54,679 nucleotides of DNA, from positions 1 to 54,679 of the IMG/VR virus record IMGVR_UViG_3300030329_003092; one strand, given 5' to 3'. This document shows, piece by piece, positions 1-8,589 of the stretch. The position numbers and the translations under genes were made by a program. The notes below the pieces were generated by a model. The model did no database searches, was not told the DNA's origin, and was given only the letters and a program-made list of their open reading frames with translations. This DNA comes from a virus. Lineage: Duplodnaviria > Caudoviricetes. Each line of letters opens with the position of its first letter. Within the stretch, counting starts at the first letter, position 1.

Positions 1-140
1 TTCTTAACTACAGTCCATAGCACTTGTGATCCTGGCTCAATAAAATACATTGGATCATAACTCTTATCTTGTGTATTGCAGAGCCCATTTAAGAGGGCGT
101 CATACAACTTTAGTTTATTAAGGTCTTTCTCTTTCAGCAT
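1..140 (-). CDS. hypothetical protein (partial, runs off window edge)
   Basis: ATG at 138-140 preceded by an AG-rich leader; frame open to position 1 (MLKEKDLNKLKLYDALL...). Confidence 0.55.
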   Translation of the reverse strand, partial: MLKEKDLNKLKLYDALLNGLCNTQDKSYDPMYFIEPGSQVLWTVVK

Positions 141-176
141 TTTATTTTTTCTCTCTTAGTCTCGGGATTAATCTGA

Positions 177-365
177 TTATATATCAAGAGTAACTTTAGC
201 TAACCGTACTTGTTCTTCTAAATCCTTCTCTAACTCTTCCACAATCTCATCTAGTTCTGAGATAGTAGAACAAATACCTAAATCGTGGAAGTTCGGATGG
301 TCGTTAGCACCTTTTTTATATTGCTTATCACACCATTCACATTGCTTTGTAACTGTCGCTTCCAT
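177..365 (-). CDS. small hypothetical protein with CxxC motif
   Basis: 62-aa ORF directly after promoter 398-426 and an AGAGAGAGA leader. Confidence 0.7.
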   Translation of the reverse strand: MEATVTKQCEWCDKQYKKGANDHPNFHDLGICSTISELDEIVEELEKDLEEQVRLAKVTLDI

Positions 366-397
366 GTCTTATCTCTCTCTCAATAAGTTTATAACTT

Positions 398-426
398 ATT
401 ATCTCACATTTTTAACGTGCTGTCAA
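398..426 (-). promoter_or_regulatory. sigma70-type early promoter
   Basis: TTGACA-17 nt-GATAAT on minus strand. Confidence 0.75.
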
Positions 427-467
427 GCACTTTTTTTATTTTATTTATTATTTTCTCTCGCCGGATT

Positions 468-710
468 TTATACTTTGCGGAGCCACTCTTTGTGATAATG
501 ATAGGCCGCTTTAGCCTGTCCCGGTACGGCGACAAAGTAGCAATCTTTCGAAGACTCACCTAATGGATAACCGTTAAGATGCGTATCTTCAGGGCGTGAC
601 TTGCGGATAATAATACCGATTGTAGAATGTCCGGGCAGGGCGTCGTTTTTGCCTTGGGTCATGTAATCCCAAATCTGAACTGTCTCTTCGTTCTTAAACT
701 CTTTGCTCAT
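468..710 (-). CDS. hypothetical protein
   Basis: 80-aa ORF with AG-rich leader and its own promoter. Confidence 0.7.
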   Translation of the reverse strand: MSKEFKNEETVQIWDYMTQGKNDALPGHSTIGIIIRKSRPEDTHLNGYPLGESSKDCYFVAVPGQAKAAYHYHKEWLRKV

Positions 711-739
711 TTCTCTCTCTTCTTGATTATTATATTACT

Positions 740-768
740 ATTGTCTCATACTTTTATTTAAAAGTCAA
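740..768 (-). promoter_or_regulatory. sigma70-type early promoter
   Basis: TTGACT-17-GACAAT. Confidence 0.6.
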
Positions 769-880
769 GCACTTTTTTATTTATTTTCTTGATCTCGAAT
801 CAACTAAGATTTCCCAAAGATAACAACAACTTAGACACGCTACGAACGCTCCGCTGAACACTAGGATATCCATCCACATT

Positions 881-1138
881 CTATAAAGCCTCCAAAGATT
901 CAAAAACCAGTTCCTCTACGTCAACGTCATCGTCTAAGAAACCCTGTTCAACAAGCAACTCGATCATCCCTTCGCGTGACTCAGTAACTCGTTTTGCGAT
1001 CTCGCGCTTTGTCTCGTCGATTGCGTCTTCTATAATGCGTCGAACATCGAAAACGGTCACGCAGAGAATCGCATCAGACAATCCCTTGTGCCTATCCGTG
1101 ACAGCTTCTAATACTTTTTCGGTTACTTCTTTATTCAT
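881..1138 (-). CDS. hypothetical protein
   Basis: ORF abutting the upstream gene; start at ATG 1138 or GTG 1147. Confidence 0.65.
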   Translation of the reverse strand: MNKEVTEKVLEAVTDRHKGLSDAILCVTVFDVRRIIEDAIDETKREIAKRVTESREGMIELLVEQGFLDDDVDVEELVFESLEAL

Positions 1139-1140
1139 TT

Positions 1141-1386
1141 TTACCACTTCGGCTCCCTCTCACAACTCGCAGGCTGTGACCAGTTCTCATACTGCCAATC
1201 TGAAATCTTGCCTTCCTTGCAGAGGGCGTCTGTAAAGTTATTCCATGCTTCGCGGCGCATTGGGCCATCGACCCATGACTTGCCGCCGTTGTTCTGCTTC
1301 TCCGTATGTCGAATGGAAGGGAGAATATATGCTTCGAACTCTCTAACCGCTTCTTGCCATAACATTACTGTGTGAAGGTTTGTCAT
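1141..1386 (-). CDS. hypothetical phage protein
   Basis: 81 aa, GGAGAG RBS, own promoter; Trp-rich motif REAWNNFTDALCKEG. Confidence 0.75.
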   Translation of the reverse strand: MTNLHTVMLWQEAVREFEAYILPSIRHTEKQNNGGKSWVDGPMRREAWNNFTDALCKEGKISDWQYENWSQPASCEREPKW

Positions 1387-1418
1387 TCTTTATCTCTCCG
1401 ATTAAATAATATATTACT

Positions 1419-1447
1419 ACTATAACAAATATTTTATTAGTTGTCAA
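1419..1447 (-). promoter_or_regulatory. sigma70-type early promoter (extended -10)
   Basis: TTGACA-17-TATAGT with TGn extension. Confidence 0.85.
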
Positions 1448-1730
1448 GTATTATTTTTGTTGGACAATACGAAGGCGCTTGTTCCTTTTCTTCAATGTCA
1501 AGCAAAGGAAGCTCCGCAATATAAAGAAACTCGTTGCCGCCTGTAATGTCGGTCCACTGACTAACAAGGCTAGAGGCGGGCATGTTATCAGGAGTGGATG
1601 ACCATGCGCCCCAGTCGTCAACGTATTCTTCAGCCCATTTTTCAAGTTGCCACTGTGCGCCCTTGCGGGTCGCAAAGGCTCGCTCGTCTGTGCCGTGTTT
1701 GTGCTCATATTTTGCTAAGAAGATTTTCAT
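1437..1730 (-). CDS. hypothetical protein
   Basis: 97-aa ORF, GGAGG RBS, coupled to the upstream gene. Confidence 0.7.
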   Translation of the reverse strand: MKIFLAKYEHKHGTDERAFATRKGAQWQLEKWAEEYVDDWGAWSSTPDNMPASSLVSQWTDITGGNEFLYIAELPLLDIEEKEQAPSYCPTKIILDN

Positions 1731-1948
1731 TATAGTTTTCCTCCGATCATTTTGTTCTCGTCGTAACCAATAACTTCCAAGTCCTCAGAAGGAACATAAA
1801 AGGAGTGAATGGTGCCATCCACCATAACTTGCCACATAGGATCGCGGTCTGGACCACTAGCCGCTTTCTTTTCTACAAGCAATCCTATCTTTCCTTTCCA
1901 CTCGGGGTAGAACTCTTCACTGAACTTCACTAAATCGCCTACTTTCAT
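1730..1948 (-). CDS. MKVGDLV-family small KOW/SH3-like protein
   Basis: N-terminal MKVGDLVK..GxxGxxV pattern; paralog of many neighbours. Confidence 0.75.
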   Translation of the reverse strand: MKVGDLVKFSEEFYPEWKGKIGLLVEKKAASGPDRDPMWQVMVDGTIHSFYVPSEDLEVIGYDENKMIGGKL

Positions 1949-2124
1949 TTTACTACCTCAACAGACATACGCATTGCCCAAGACAGGGTGTTCTCTTTAA
2001 GCCAAAATACCTGAACCTCTCTTTTCAAACCATCAAAGCCGATCCGATCAGATTCGATCTTGCTTACAAATCCTGTGCCCTTCTCTCTAGGATCGCAGGA
2101 TTTTACTAAATCACCGATTTTCAT
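1945..2124 (-). CDS. MKVGDLV-family small protein (59 aa, not in ORF track)
   Basis: Hand-translated MKIGDLVKSCDPREKGTGFVSKI...SVEVVK*; TGA overlaps the next ATG (ATGA). Confidence 0.75.
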   Translation of the reverse strand: MKIGDLVKSCDPREKGTGFVSKIESDRIGFDGLKREVQVFWLKENTLSWAMRMSVEVVK

Positions 2125-2151
2125 TTCTCTCTCTCAGTTAAATATAATACC

Positions 2152-2180
2152 ACTATAACAAATATTTTATCGATTGTCAA
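2152..2180 (-). promoter_or_regulatory. sigma70-type early promoter (extended -10)
   Basis: TTGACA-17-TATAGT; near-identical to 1419-1447. Confidence 0.85.
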
Positions 2181-2428
2181 GGACTTTTTGATAAAACTGC
2201 TAAGTCCCTGATATCGCTTGTATGTTCTCTCCATTGCGTGCCATCCCCGTCGTTGTGGGCTTCTTGCAGAGTCACCAAGGTGCATTTATAACGCAGGGGG
2301 TTGTGCCGCTCGACGTCGGAGCGGGGTTCGGCATATTCAGGCCGGGAAGTGATTATAAAAATATGGTGTAACTTTGGATCGTACGTTCGGCCAAGCTCAA
2401 CATAATATACTAAATCACCGACTTTCAT
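2177..2428 (-). CDS. MKVGDLV-family small protein
   Basis: MKVGDLVYY start. Confidence 0.75.
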   Translation of the reverse strand: MKVGDLVYYVELGRTYDPKLHHIFIITSRPEYAEPRSDVERHNPLRYKCTLVTLQEAHNDGDGTQWREHTSDIRDLAVLSKSP

Positions 2429-2636
2429 TTTCTTCTCCCTGTTCTAACAGTGTAAACTCGCCAGGATAACGCTCTAAGTCGCCAACAGAAAAGAAGAGCC
2501 CCACTGTCTCGTTCGACCAAAGCACAGAGGCTTTCTTGCCACTAGGGGTCAGCTTCAATACGATACCAACCTGAGCCTCTCCTTCCCCGTAGTAATCATG
2601 TTTCGGGGTATATAAGATTAAATCACCGACTTTCAT
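2415..2636 (-). CDS. MKVGDLV-family small protein
   Basis: MKVGDLILY...VGIVL; its stop lies inside the next gene's start motif. Confidence 0.75.
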   Translation of the reverse strand: MKVGDLILYTPKHDYYGEGEAQVGIVLKLTPSGKKASVLWSNETVGLFFSVGDLERYPGEFTLLEQGEENESR

Positions 2637-2821
2637 TATACAAACCCGATTCGGCGCTTAGACGCGCTCTCACGCTCGAAAGCTGTCATGTAGTACTCCA
2701 CCACCTTGTGCGCTCCATCAATGGAAGCTACCATAAGTTGCACGCCGTCTGGAAGGGATACAAGACATGTTCCGTCTTCGTTCTTAATAACTACCGGAAA
2801 AGGTTCAACCTGATCGATCAT
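2636..2821 (-). CDS. small hypothetical protein with C-terminal RRIGF motif
   Basis: 61 aa, ends SKRRIGFV. Confidence 0.7.
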   Translation of the reverse strand: MIDQVEPFPVVIKNEDGTCLVSLPDGVQLMVASIDGAHKVVEYYMTAFERESASKRRIGFV

Positions 2822-2850
2822 TTTTGTCTCTCTATTAAGTTTCTATAAAT

Positions 2851-2879
2851 AATATATCAAATATTTAATCTCTTGTCAA
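2851..2879 (-). promoter_or_regulatory. sigma70-type early promoter
   Basis: TTGACA-17-TATATT. Confidence 0.75.
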
Positions 2880-2887
2880 GAACTTTT

Positions 2888-3073
2888 TTATTCTTCATCT
2901 TTTTTCTTTCGACCAACAACAACTAGCTCTTCTTCATACCTCCACTCAGTGGTGCCATTGTTAGAGAAATAAACCTTCACAAGCTTGGGGCTGTCCTCCC
3001 TTTCTTGCAATATGTCTATGACTAAACCGAACCCCGAATAGTACCAATCAAGAACTAAGTCGCCTACTTTCAT
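2888..3073 (-). CDS. MKVGDLV-family small protein
   Basis: MKVGDLVLD...GFGLVID...VKVYF. Confidence 0.75.
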   Translation of the reverse strand: MKVGDLVLDWYYSGFGLVIDILQEREDSPKLVKVYFSNNGTTEWRYEEELVVVGRKKKDEE

Positions 3074-3113
3074 TGTTGTGTGTCCTCACACACTAAATAG
3101 GCGGCGCTCTTAA

Positions 3114-3236
3114 TCAGTGTTACATTTATTTATCTTTGTTGTTCTTGCTGTCCGTGTGGTCTGCCCAAAAGAGCAGTCCATAGCATATAGCGACTATTCC
3201 AATGATAGAAAAGAACATATAATCAGATGGTGTCAT
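3114..3236 (-). CDS. small membrane protein (40 aa)
   Basis: Hand-translated MTPSDYMFFSIIGIVAICYGLLFW...; one hydrophobic stretch, GAGG RBS. Confidence 0.5.
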
Positions 3237-3237
3237 T

Positions 3238-3468
3238 TTAATCCTCGAACTCTAACTTAAGCTCCTGTTGTGAAAAGCTCGGTAGGTCGCATATAGAGCG
3301 ACTCACACGGGGAGTGTCGAATGCATGTTGGCCGCTAACGTTGTTATAGTTGGCGAACCATGCTTCGACAAGGCGAACAAAGTCATCTGTGATCGCCTGG
3401 ACGTCTCCCTGGTTCAACTTCTCAGTGCCTGAGTTAACAGGCACATCAATAAAAAACTTAATATTCAT
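3238..3468 (-). CDS. hypothetical protein
   Basis: 76-aa ORF following the vWA gene. Confidence 0.6.
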   Translation of the reverse strand: MNIKFFIDVPVNSGTEKLNQGDVQAITDDFVRLVEAWFANYNNVSGQHAFDTPRVSRSICDLPSFSQQELKLEFED

Positions 3469-3494
3469 AATAGGTTATATCCTTTTGGTTAATC

Positions 3495-4778
3495 TCAACC
3501 CTTCTCCGTAATGGCGATTACTCGCTCATTGGTTTGGAAGTATGGGTTAGAGGCATAATATTCTGTGGTCATCCACATACGCTGGCATTTGCTAGGCTTG
3601 GGCTTAGGAGCACACAAGTCTGTTAGCACAATATGACCATCGAAGCTTCGACTATTCACATACTCGGTCGGCGGGTTAAAGTCTGTTCCACCGGAGCGGA
3701 CTCGTTCCCACTTTCTCTTCTCGCCTTTCCTCCATGTATAAACCATGTCTTCTGCAACAGTTGTATCAAATGGAATAACTGTGAAAGTGGCGAGATCAGA
3801 AAGTTTATTAAGCTCTGCAAAAAAGGCTTCGAGCATCGAATCTGAGACGGACCCAGACTGGTCAATGGAAATCGCAATACTGGCTTGACGATTTGTCTTG
3901 CGGCCAGGATGCACGTATGGGTAGCGCCGATTGATTCGCTTGATTGTCGAGGACTTTGCAGCTTTCTGGGAAGTCTTCACGAAATAGCGCAATACCTTCT
4001 TCCAGTCAACGAAGCCCTGAATGCGCTTCATAATGTCCTTGCGAATAGATTGGGGAACAGAACCCCAGGAGTTTGATCGGGAAGCTTCCTCCGCAGCTTT
4101 ACGAACTGCTTCTTTGAGGCGCTCTTTAGCGATCTCCCGTGTAGTGGAATCAACCTGATCCCAGCCCTCGTGGGAGTCGAACTGCCCGTTGTCTCCCATG
4201 TTGCTGCCTTGCCCTTCTCCACCTTGGCCTTGGCCTTCGCCGCCTCCTTGGCCGTCTTGGTTCTCGCCTTGATTGTCGTAGCCTTCGGGCGGGTCTTTCT
4301 TCAGTTTATCGAGATACCATTCGGCAGTCATGCCGGAAGGGTAGTCCTTGAACATATCGTGACCGGGGCGTAGACAGCCCTCTGGAAGATCCCGTAAGTG
4401 ACTGTTGATAGCTAGGTCCGTTGCGAAGTTCCAAGCTCGATTATTCTCCCCTTCGGGGCGACGATCCGTTAGGTGCTCGAAGATAATGTGGTAAAGTTCA
4501 TGCTTGATAATGTCTCGCTTCTGTGCATCTGTAAGGGTCACAAAGAAGCGAGGGTTGTATTTCATTTCAAACTGGCCTGTGTTCGGATTGACCAACACTC
4601 CGGCAGTGGGGATTCTCTCTGTTGCGTGCTTATCAACTCTTCTTGATAGAGCGGCGAAGAAAGGCTCGTTCATGAGTAGTCGCGCTACATGAATGTTTAA
4701 GTCAAACTCCGGTAGTGGAGTGTATTCCGGTTTCGGCTGCTCCACTGTTTCTTCTTTAGTCTCTTCTTTATCTGACAT
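3495..4778 (-). CDS. DUF2201-type putative metallopeptidase (HExxH) plus C-terminal vWA domain
   Basis: KHELYHI, WNFATDLAIN, G/Q-rich linker, MIDAS DQSGS and GGTDF/LTD; adjacent to an AAA gene. Confidence 0.85.
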   Translation of the reverse strand: MSDKEETKEETVEQPKPEYTPLPEFDLNIHVARLLMNEPFFAALSRRVDKHATERIPTAGVLVNPNTGQFEMKYNPRFFVTLTDAQKRDIIKHELYHIIFEHLTDRRPEGENNRAWNFATDLAINSHLRDLPEGCLRPGHDMFKDYPSGMTAEWYLDKLKKDPPEGYDNQGENQDGQGGGEGQGQGGEGQGSNMGDNGQFDSHEGWDQVDSTTREIAKERLKEAVRKAAEEASRSNSWGSVPQSIRKDIMKRIQGFVDWKKVLRYFVKTSQKAAKSSTIKRINRRYPYVHPGRKTNRQASIAISIDQSGSVSDSMLEAFFAELNKLSDLATFTVIPFDTTVAEDMVYTWRKGEKRKWERVRSGGTDFNPPTEYVNSRSFDGHIVLTDLCAPKPKPSKCQRMWMTTEYYASNPYFQTNERVIAITEKG

Positions 4779-4809
4779 ATCTCTGCCTTTAAATATATTT
4801 TATACTATA

Positions 4810-4838
4810 GTTATACACTATATTTTTATATTTGTCAA
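4810..4838 (-). promoter_or_regulatory. sigma70-type promoter
   Basis: TTGACA-17-TATAAC. Confidence 0.7.
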
Positions 4839-4878
4839 GGGGGAAAAAGGAAATTTTTTCGCGACGGGTTTTCTTTCC

Positions 4879-5955
4879 CTATTCCTCCTTCTTTCCCTCA
4901 TCCGCCTGGAGCATGTCTACCATGCGCTGCGATACCGGCACGCCATCAACCTTCGCCTGGTGCAGCTTGATAGTGTTGTTAATATCATTCTCGGAAGATC
5001 CGAGCACTGTCCACAACTTCATCGCGACCTCGGAAGGAAGCTGAAAGAAATAGTTAGCAAGGTTCTGAACCTTCTCATCTTCAAGGGCTTCCGCGAAGAC
5101 CTTAGAGCCCTCCAGCTTATCAACAAACGCAGTATGGTCGTTGATACCCCAATCTTCAACAAGCTCCAACTTGCCGTCGACAAGCACGTCGTTGATAGTG
5201 ACCTGTCGATCATAGTTCAGAACGAAATCATTGAACGCTACCGCAGCTTCGAAGCCAAGGAAAGCAGAAGCAAGATTAAATACTTCAGGACTTGCACCGG
5301 CATCAAGCAACTTCGTGTTGGTTACACACTCATTAAAGCGGTCCCACGAACGTCGAGAAGGATAAACCTTGTTAGGCTCGAACTCATCTTTGTGCTCAAG
5401 GTGGACGCGGTTCTGGTTCACGAAGTCCCAAACCATTTTGTGTACGCGGTCTTGTGCCCAGTTAAGCCAGTCTTCAACGGAAGGCTCAACGTCAAACACA
5501 GTCCAGCGGTCAAGCTCCGCAGGGTCCATCTCCCCAACCTGATATTGGGCTCCGTGTTCCCCGCCGTTGATAGCGGCGAAAATAAGAGTGTCAGGGTGAA
5601 GGCGATGACCATTCAGCTTGCGGCTATCCGTAAGCTCGAAGATACCTTGGCGAACTTCGATTGTTGCCCGGTCTACCTCATCGAGGAAAAGAACCACTGG
5701 GCTATCACACGCAGTCTGAAACCAGTCTGGTGGACAGAAAGAAGTAACGTCGCCGTCTGTCTTCGGAAGACCAACCAAGTCACCCTCTGTCATCTGCGAA
5801 GCGCGGCGCTCCACAACAGGGTACCCAAGATTGTCAGCGAACTGATATACAACTTCGGACTTGCCCACGCCATGACGACCACGGATAAGAATAGGCTTCT
5901 TGATAGCGGTAACGTGTGGGGCAACGTGAAGGAATGTTTTGAAATCTACAGCCAT
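4879..5955 (-). CDS. MoxR-like AAA+ ATPase
   Basis: Walker A GRHGVGKS, Walker B LFLDE, sensor AAIN, arginine finger LDRW. Confidence 0.9.
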   Translation of the reverse strand: MAVDFKTFLHVAPHVTAIKKPILIRGRHGVGKSEVVYQFADNLGYPVVERRASQMTEGDLVGLPKTDGDVTSFCPPDWFQTACDSPVVLFLDEVDRATIEVRQGIFELTDSRKLNGHRLHPDTLIFAAINGGEHGAQYQVGEMDPAELDRWTVFDVEPSVEDWLNWAQDRVHKMVWDFVNQNRVHLEHKDEFEPNKVYPSRRSWDRFNECVTNTKLLDAGASPEVFNLASAFLGFEAAVAFNDFVLNYDRQVTINDVLVDGKLELVEDWGINDHTAFVDKLEGSKVFAEALEDEKVQNLANYFFQLPSEVAMKLWTVLGSSENDINNTIKLHQAKVDGVPVSQRMVDMLQADEGKKEE

Positions 5956-6017
5956 AATCAGGCTCCTTTATAGTAAATAGATTGTTTAGTTCTCTCTTTA
6001 ACGATTATTATGCTTAT

Positions 6018-6046
6018 ACTATAACAAATATTTATTTATTTGTCAA
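6018..6046 (-). promoter_or_regulatory. sigma70-type early promoter (extended -10)
   Basis: TTGACA-17-TATAGT. Confidence 0.85.
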
Positions 6047-6053
6047 GAAGTTT

Positions 6054-6914
6054 TTATACCTCTTTGTTTTCGTTGACATATGTCGAAGGACGTTCAGCAT
6101 CAACTTTCCACCAATCACAAGAATAATATGGGCGGTGTGTTTTTTCTGCCATATCTTCATTGCTGGGCCACATCCAAGCCTCGCGTTCTTCAAAGTGCTT
6201 ATTTACTTGAATATCACAAGAAAGCCAGCCCTCTGGTGGCTTTGCGAACTGTGGGGCATGAGAGATCACGACACAGGCATGTCTATATTCGTGCCATCTG
6301 TTGCCCTCCGATTCTTCATCGCGCTTCCAGCCATCTTCCACAATATCCCAGTCTTCCAGCGGCGCATTAATCGTTTTATAAAGCTGATCTATGGCCCTGC
6401 CTGTAGGCTGGTCAAACTTTCTCAGACTTTTGACTTTCAAAAAGTATGGAATAGAATCGTGTGCCGTGGTAATAGACAAGTGTTCCCACATAATCTCCTC
6501 AATAAACATTGGAGGTTGCCCGGGGCGACCGTGAGTCAAATCAGAAGGCCCGCGTTTTTGGTTTCGAGAGTCATTCAGAACGAGGCCACCAACGGCAAGA
6601 CCGAGTGCTCGAATGTGTGCCAACATGGCTGTGCGAAAAGCAACCTCTTGCTTCATTACATAGCCCTTGTGAGCCTTAAGGGTTGGGCAACTGCGACGGT
6701 TGTGGCCTGGGCGGTCACAATAGGAACACTTGCGAACCCGTGTAGTAACTTTTCGCATCTCCGCTTCACGGATCAAAGACTTTTCCAAGTAGCCTCTTTC
6801 TTCGGGCTTTTTTTCTCGACCCTCTGTTACGATTCTCTTGATCTCTGGGCAACTTCGTCGATTATGCCCAGTACGATAACAGTAGCCACAAGTAACTGTT
6901 CCATTCCATGCCAT
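6054..6914 (-). CDS. double CCHC zinc-knuckle protein
   Basis: CGYCYRTGHNRRSC and CSYCDRPGHNRRSC (C-x2-C-x4-H-x4-C). Confidence 0.8.
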   Translation of the reverse strand: MAWNGTVTCGYCYRTGHNRRSCPEIKRIVTEGREKKPEERGYLEKSLIREAEMRKVTTRVRKCSYCDRPGHNRRSCPTLKAHKGYVMKQEVAFRTAMLAHIRALGLAVGGLVLNDSRNQKRGPSDLTHGRPGQPPMFIEEIMWEHLSITTAHDSIPYFLKVKSLRKFDQPTGRAIDQLYKTINAPLEDWDIVEDGWKRDEESEGNRWHEYRHACVVISHAPQFAKPPEGWLSCDIQVNKHFEEREAWMWPSNEDMAEKTHRPYYSCDWWKVDAERPSTYVNENKEV

Positions 6915-6944
6915 TTCTTCTCTCTCTTATTAAGTTATGTTTAC

Positions 6945-6973
6945 ACTATAACAAATATTTTATTCGTTGTCAA
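6945..6973 (-). promoter_or_regulatory. sigma70-type early promoter (extended -10)
   Basis: TTGACA-17-TATAGT. Confidence 0.85.
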
Positions 6974-7115
6974 GAACTTTTTTTATTTGCTTGTCGAACT
7001 GTCTTCTGATTAGGAAAGCACCACAAATAGTACCAAAGAAAAAAGAACAGAATGCCGTTGATACTAACAATATTCTTGAAGCCTGACATGCGTCTATGGA
7101 CATCCACTCAACCAT

Positions 7116-7331
7116 TTACTCTTCTCCGTCATGTTCTGATACTAGATTCAGTTTGAACCTGGGGACAACTAGCTTCGCCTGGGGGCTACACTGTAGCTGT
7201 ATCTGAATATATTCTTCGTCAGTACCGGGCCACTTGAGCGAAGGGTCCGTGTCCAGCACGATTGCAACCTGCACTTCCTCTGGGCGCTCTTTTGCGTTCC
7301 AAGCATACACAACCAAGTCACCGACTTTCAT
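7116..7331 (-). CDS. MKVGDLV-family small protein
   Basis: MKVGDLVVY start. Confidence 0.75.
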   Translation of the reverse strand: MKVGDLVVYAWNAKERPEEVQVAIVLDTDPSLKWPGTDEEYIQIQLQCSPQAKLVVPRFKLNLVSEHDGEE

Positions 7332-7334
7332 TTT

Positions 7335-7562
7335 TTATATGTCTGCCAAGTCAGAACCAAAGGACTGTTTCTGTGCTTCTTCTTCTGACAGAATCTTAAG
7401 CCTGTGTGGGTACGCCGTGACATTGACAGCCTCTTGCTTTCCATCGCTCCAACGCAACTGGGCGACGTGCATAAAGCTTGCCGTTGTCGAAAGGTCTACG
7501 ACCCCTGTTATAACTCCCTTCTTCTCGAACAGTAGACATTTAACTATGTCTCCTACTTTCAT
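7335..7562 (-). CDS. MKVGDLV-family small protein
   Basis: Start moved to ATG 7562 (MKVGDIVKC) behind AAGGAG RBS. Confidence 0.75.
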   Translation of the reverse strand: MKVGDIVKCLLFEKKGVITGVVDLSTTASFMHVAQLRWSDGKQEAVNVTAYPHRLKILSEEEAQKQSFGSDLADI

Positions 7563-7593
7563 CTTTCTTCTCCTTAAAAAGAATATGTAGTCT

Positions 7594-7622
7594 ATAATAT
7601 CAGATCTATATTTATTTGTCAA
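7594..7622 (-). promoter_or_regulatory. sigma70-type promoter
   Basis: TTGACA-17-TATTAT. Confidence 0.7.
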
Positions 7623-7772
7623 GAACTTTTTGATTTTACTAAAGTCAATGATTTCTTTATCTTTTCCACTGCCTTCTCTTTAGCCAGGGAAGCAAGGCCA
7701 ATAATAATCATGCCACCAAAAACACTTCCATAAGCTGCTTGACATATTTTTTCTTGTATCTTATCTTTCATC

Positions 7773-8003
7773 TTATGCTTCGCTTATAAGTTTTAAATAG
7801 TGTACGTATGATTTTTTAAGATAGCCGGTTGAAAAGAATAACACTTCTGCTACTTGAGATGAACTAAATGTTCGGTTAGGGTCTTCCCAATAAACGTTCA
7901 TAACAATCCCAATGTCACCTTTGTAGATCTCCCAACGATGCCTCACTGCTTTTTTTACCGGGTAGGCTTCCATCGAATACTGAACCAGATCACCCACCTT
8001 CAC
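7773..8003 (-). CDS. MKVGDLV-family small protein
   Basis: GTG start (VKVGDLVQY) with GGAGG RBS. Confidence 0.7.
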   Translation of the reverse strand: MKVGDLVQYSMEAYPVKKAVRHRWEIYKGDIGIVMNVYWEDPNRTFSSSQVAEVLFFSTGYLKKSYVHYLKLISEA

Positions 8004-8184
8004 TAATAACCTCCAGGCATCTTTTGAGACAAGCGGCCTGACCCAAGCAATAGTCGCTGTATATCCAATAGACCGTGTATCTGAGATCCCACTCATCCCG
8101 TGGCCCGCTCAAGATAATCCCTATCGCATTATCGTCACCTGCGCCCCAGTAATCCTTCCATGTAACGAGATCACCAACATCCAT
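7990..8184 (-). CDS. MKVGDLV-family small protein
   Basis: MDVGDLVTW...IGIIL...YTVYW; start reassigned. Confidence 0.7.
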   Translation of the reverse strand: MDVGDLVTWKDYWGAGDDNAIGIILSGPRDEWDLRYTVYWIYSDYCLGQAACLKRCLEVISEGG

Positions 8185-8392
8185 CGGTCTTGTCCTCTGG
8201 GTCGCCGAGTTGTAATCTCCACGCATCAAAGATTTCCCCTCTCTTGTGAAGAAAGACTTTAGCCGTGTCCGACGACTTGCCATTATGCGGAGCGTAGGAA
8301 AGTGATAGCACTGTCGCCAAGCCATCCTCCCCCTGGCTGAAACCAGAGTTAAACCCTTGACACTGATAATATACTAAATCACCGGGCTTCAC
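8171..8392 (-). CDS. MKVGDLV-family small protein
   Basis: GTG start VKPGDLVYY with GGAGG RBS. Confidence 0.7.
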   Translation of the reverse strand: MKPGDLVYYQCQGFNSGFSQGEDGLATVLSLSYAPHNGKSSDTAKVFLHKRGEIFDAWRLQLGDPEDKTDGCW

Positions 8393-8579
8393 TGATGACC
8401 TCCACTCCATCTGAGTATTCAAAACTCCAATCAGAATGGCCGCACCAACGCACCCATATTTGTTTCGTACCATCACCCGCCCAATCTGCCGAGATTTCGG
8501 TTACAATCCCCACTTTTTCTTTACCTCGCCAATGGTCTTTGGTCGTGGATATGGGTTTTACTAAATCACCGACTTTCAT
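8379..8579 (-). CDS. MKVGDLV-family small protein
   Basis: MKVGDLVKP...VGIVTE...IWVRW; AAGGAGG RBS. Confidence 0.75.
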   Translation of the reverse strand: MKVGDLVKPISTTKDHWRGKEKVGIVTEISADWAGDGTKQIWVRWCGHSDWSFEYSDGVEVISEAR

Positions 8580-8589
8580 AGTATCCTCC

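Noticed and set aside
4839-4880. Possible terminator hairpin after the AAA gene
   Set aside because: The stem is imperfect and made of low-complexity purine/pyrimidine runs, with no clean U-tract.
4693-5973. 426-aa plus-strand ORF
   Set aside because: Antisense shadow of the AAA ATPase; no motifs, RBS or promoter.
5982-7013. 343-aa plus-strand ORF
   Set aside because: Antisense to the zinc-knuckle gene and runs through promoter DNA; no recognisable features.
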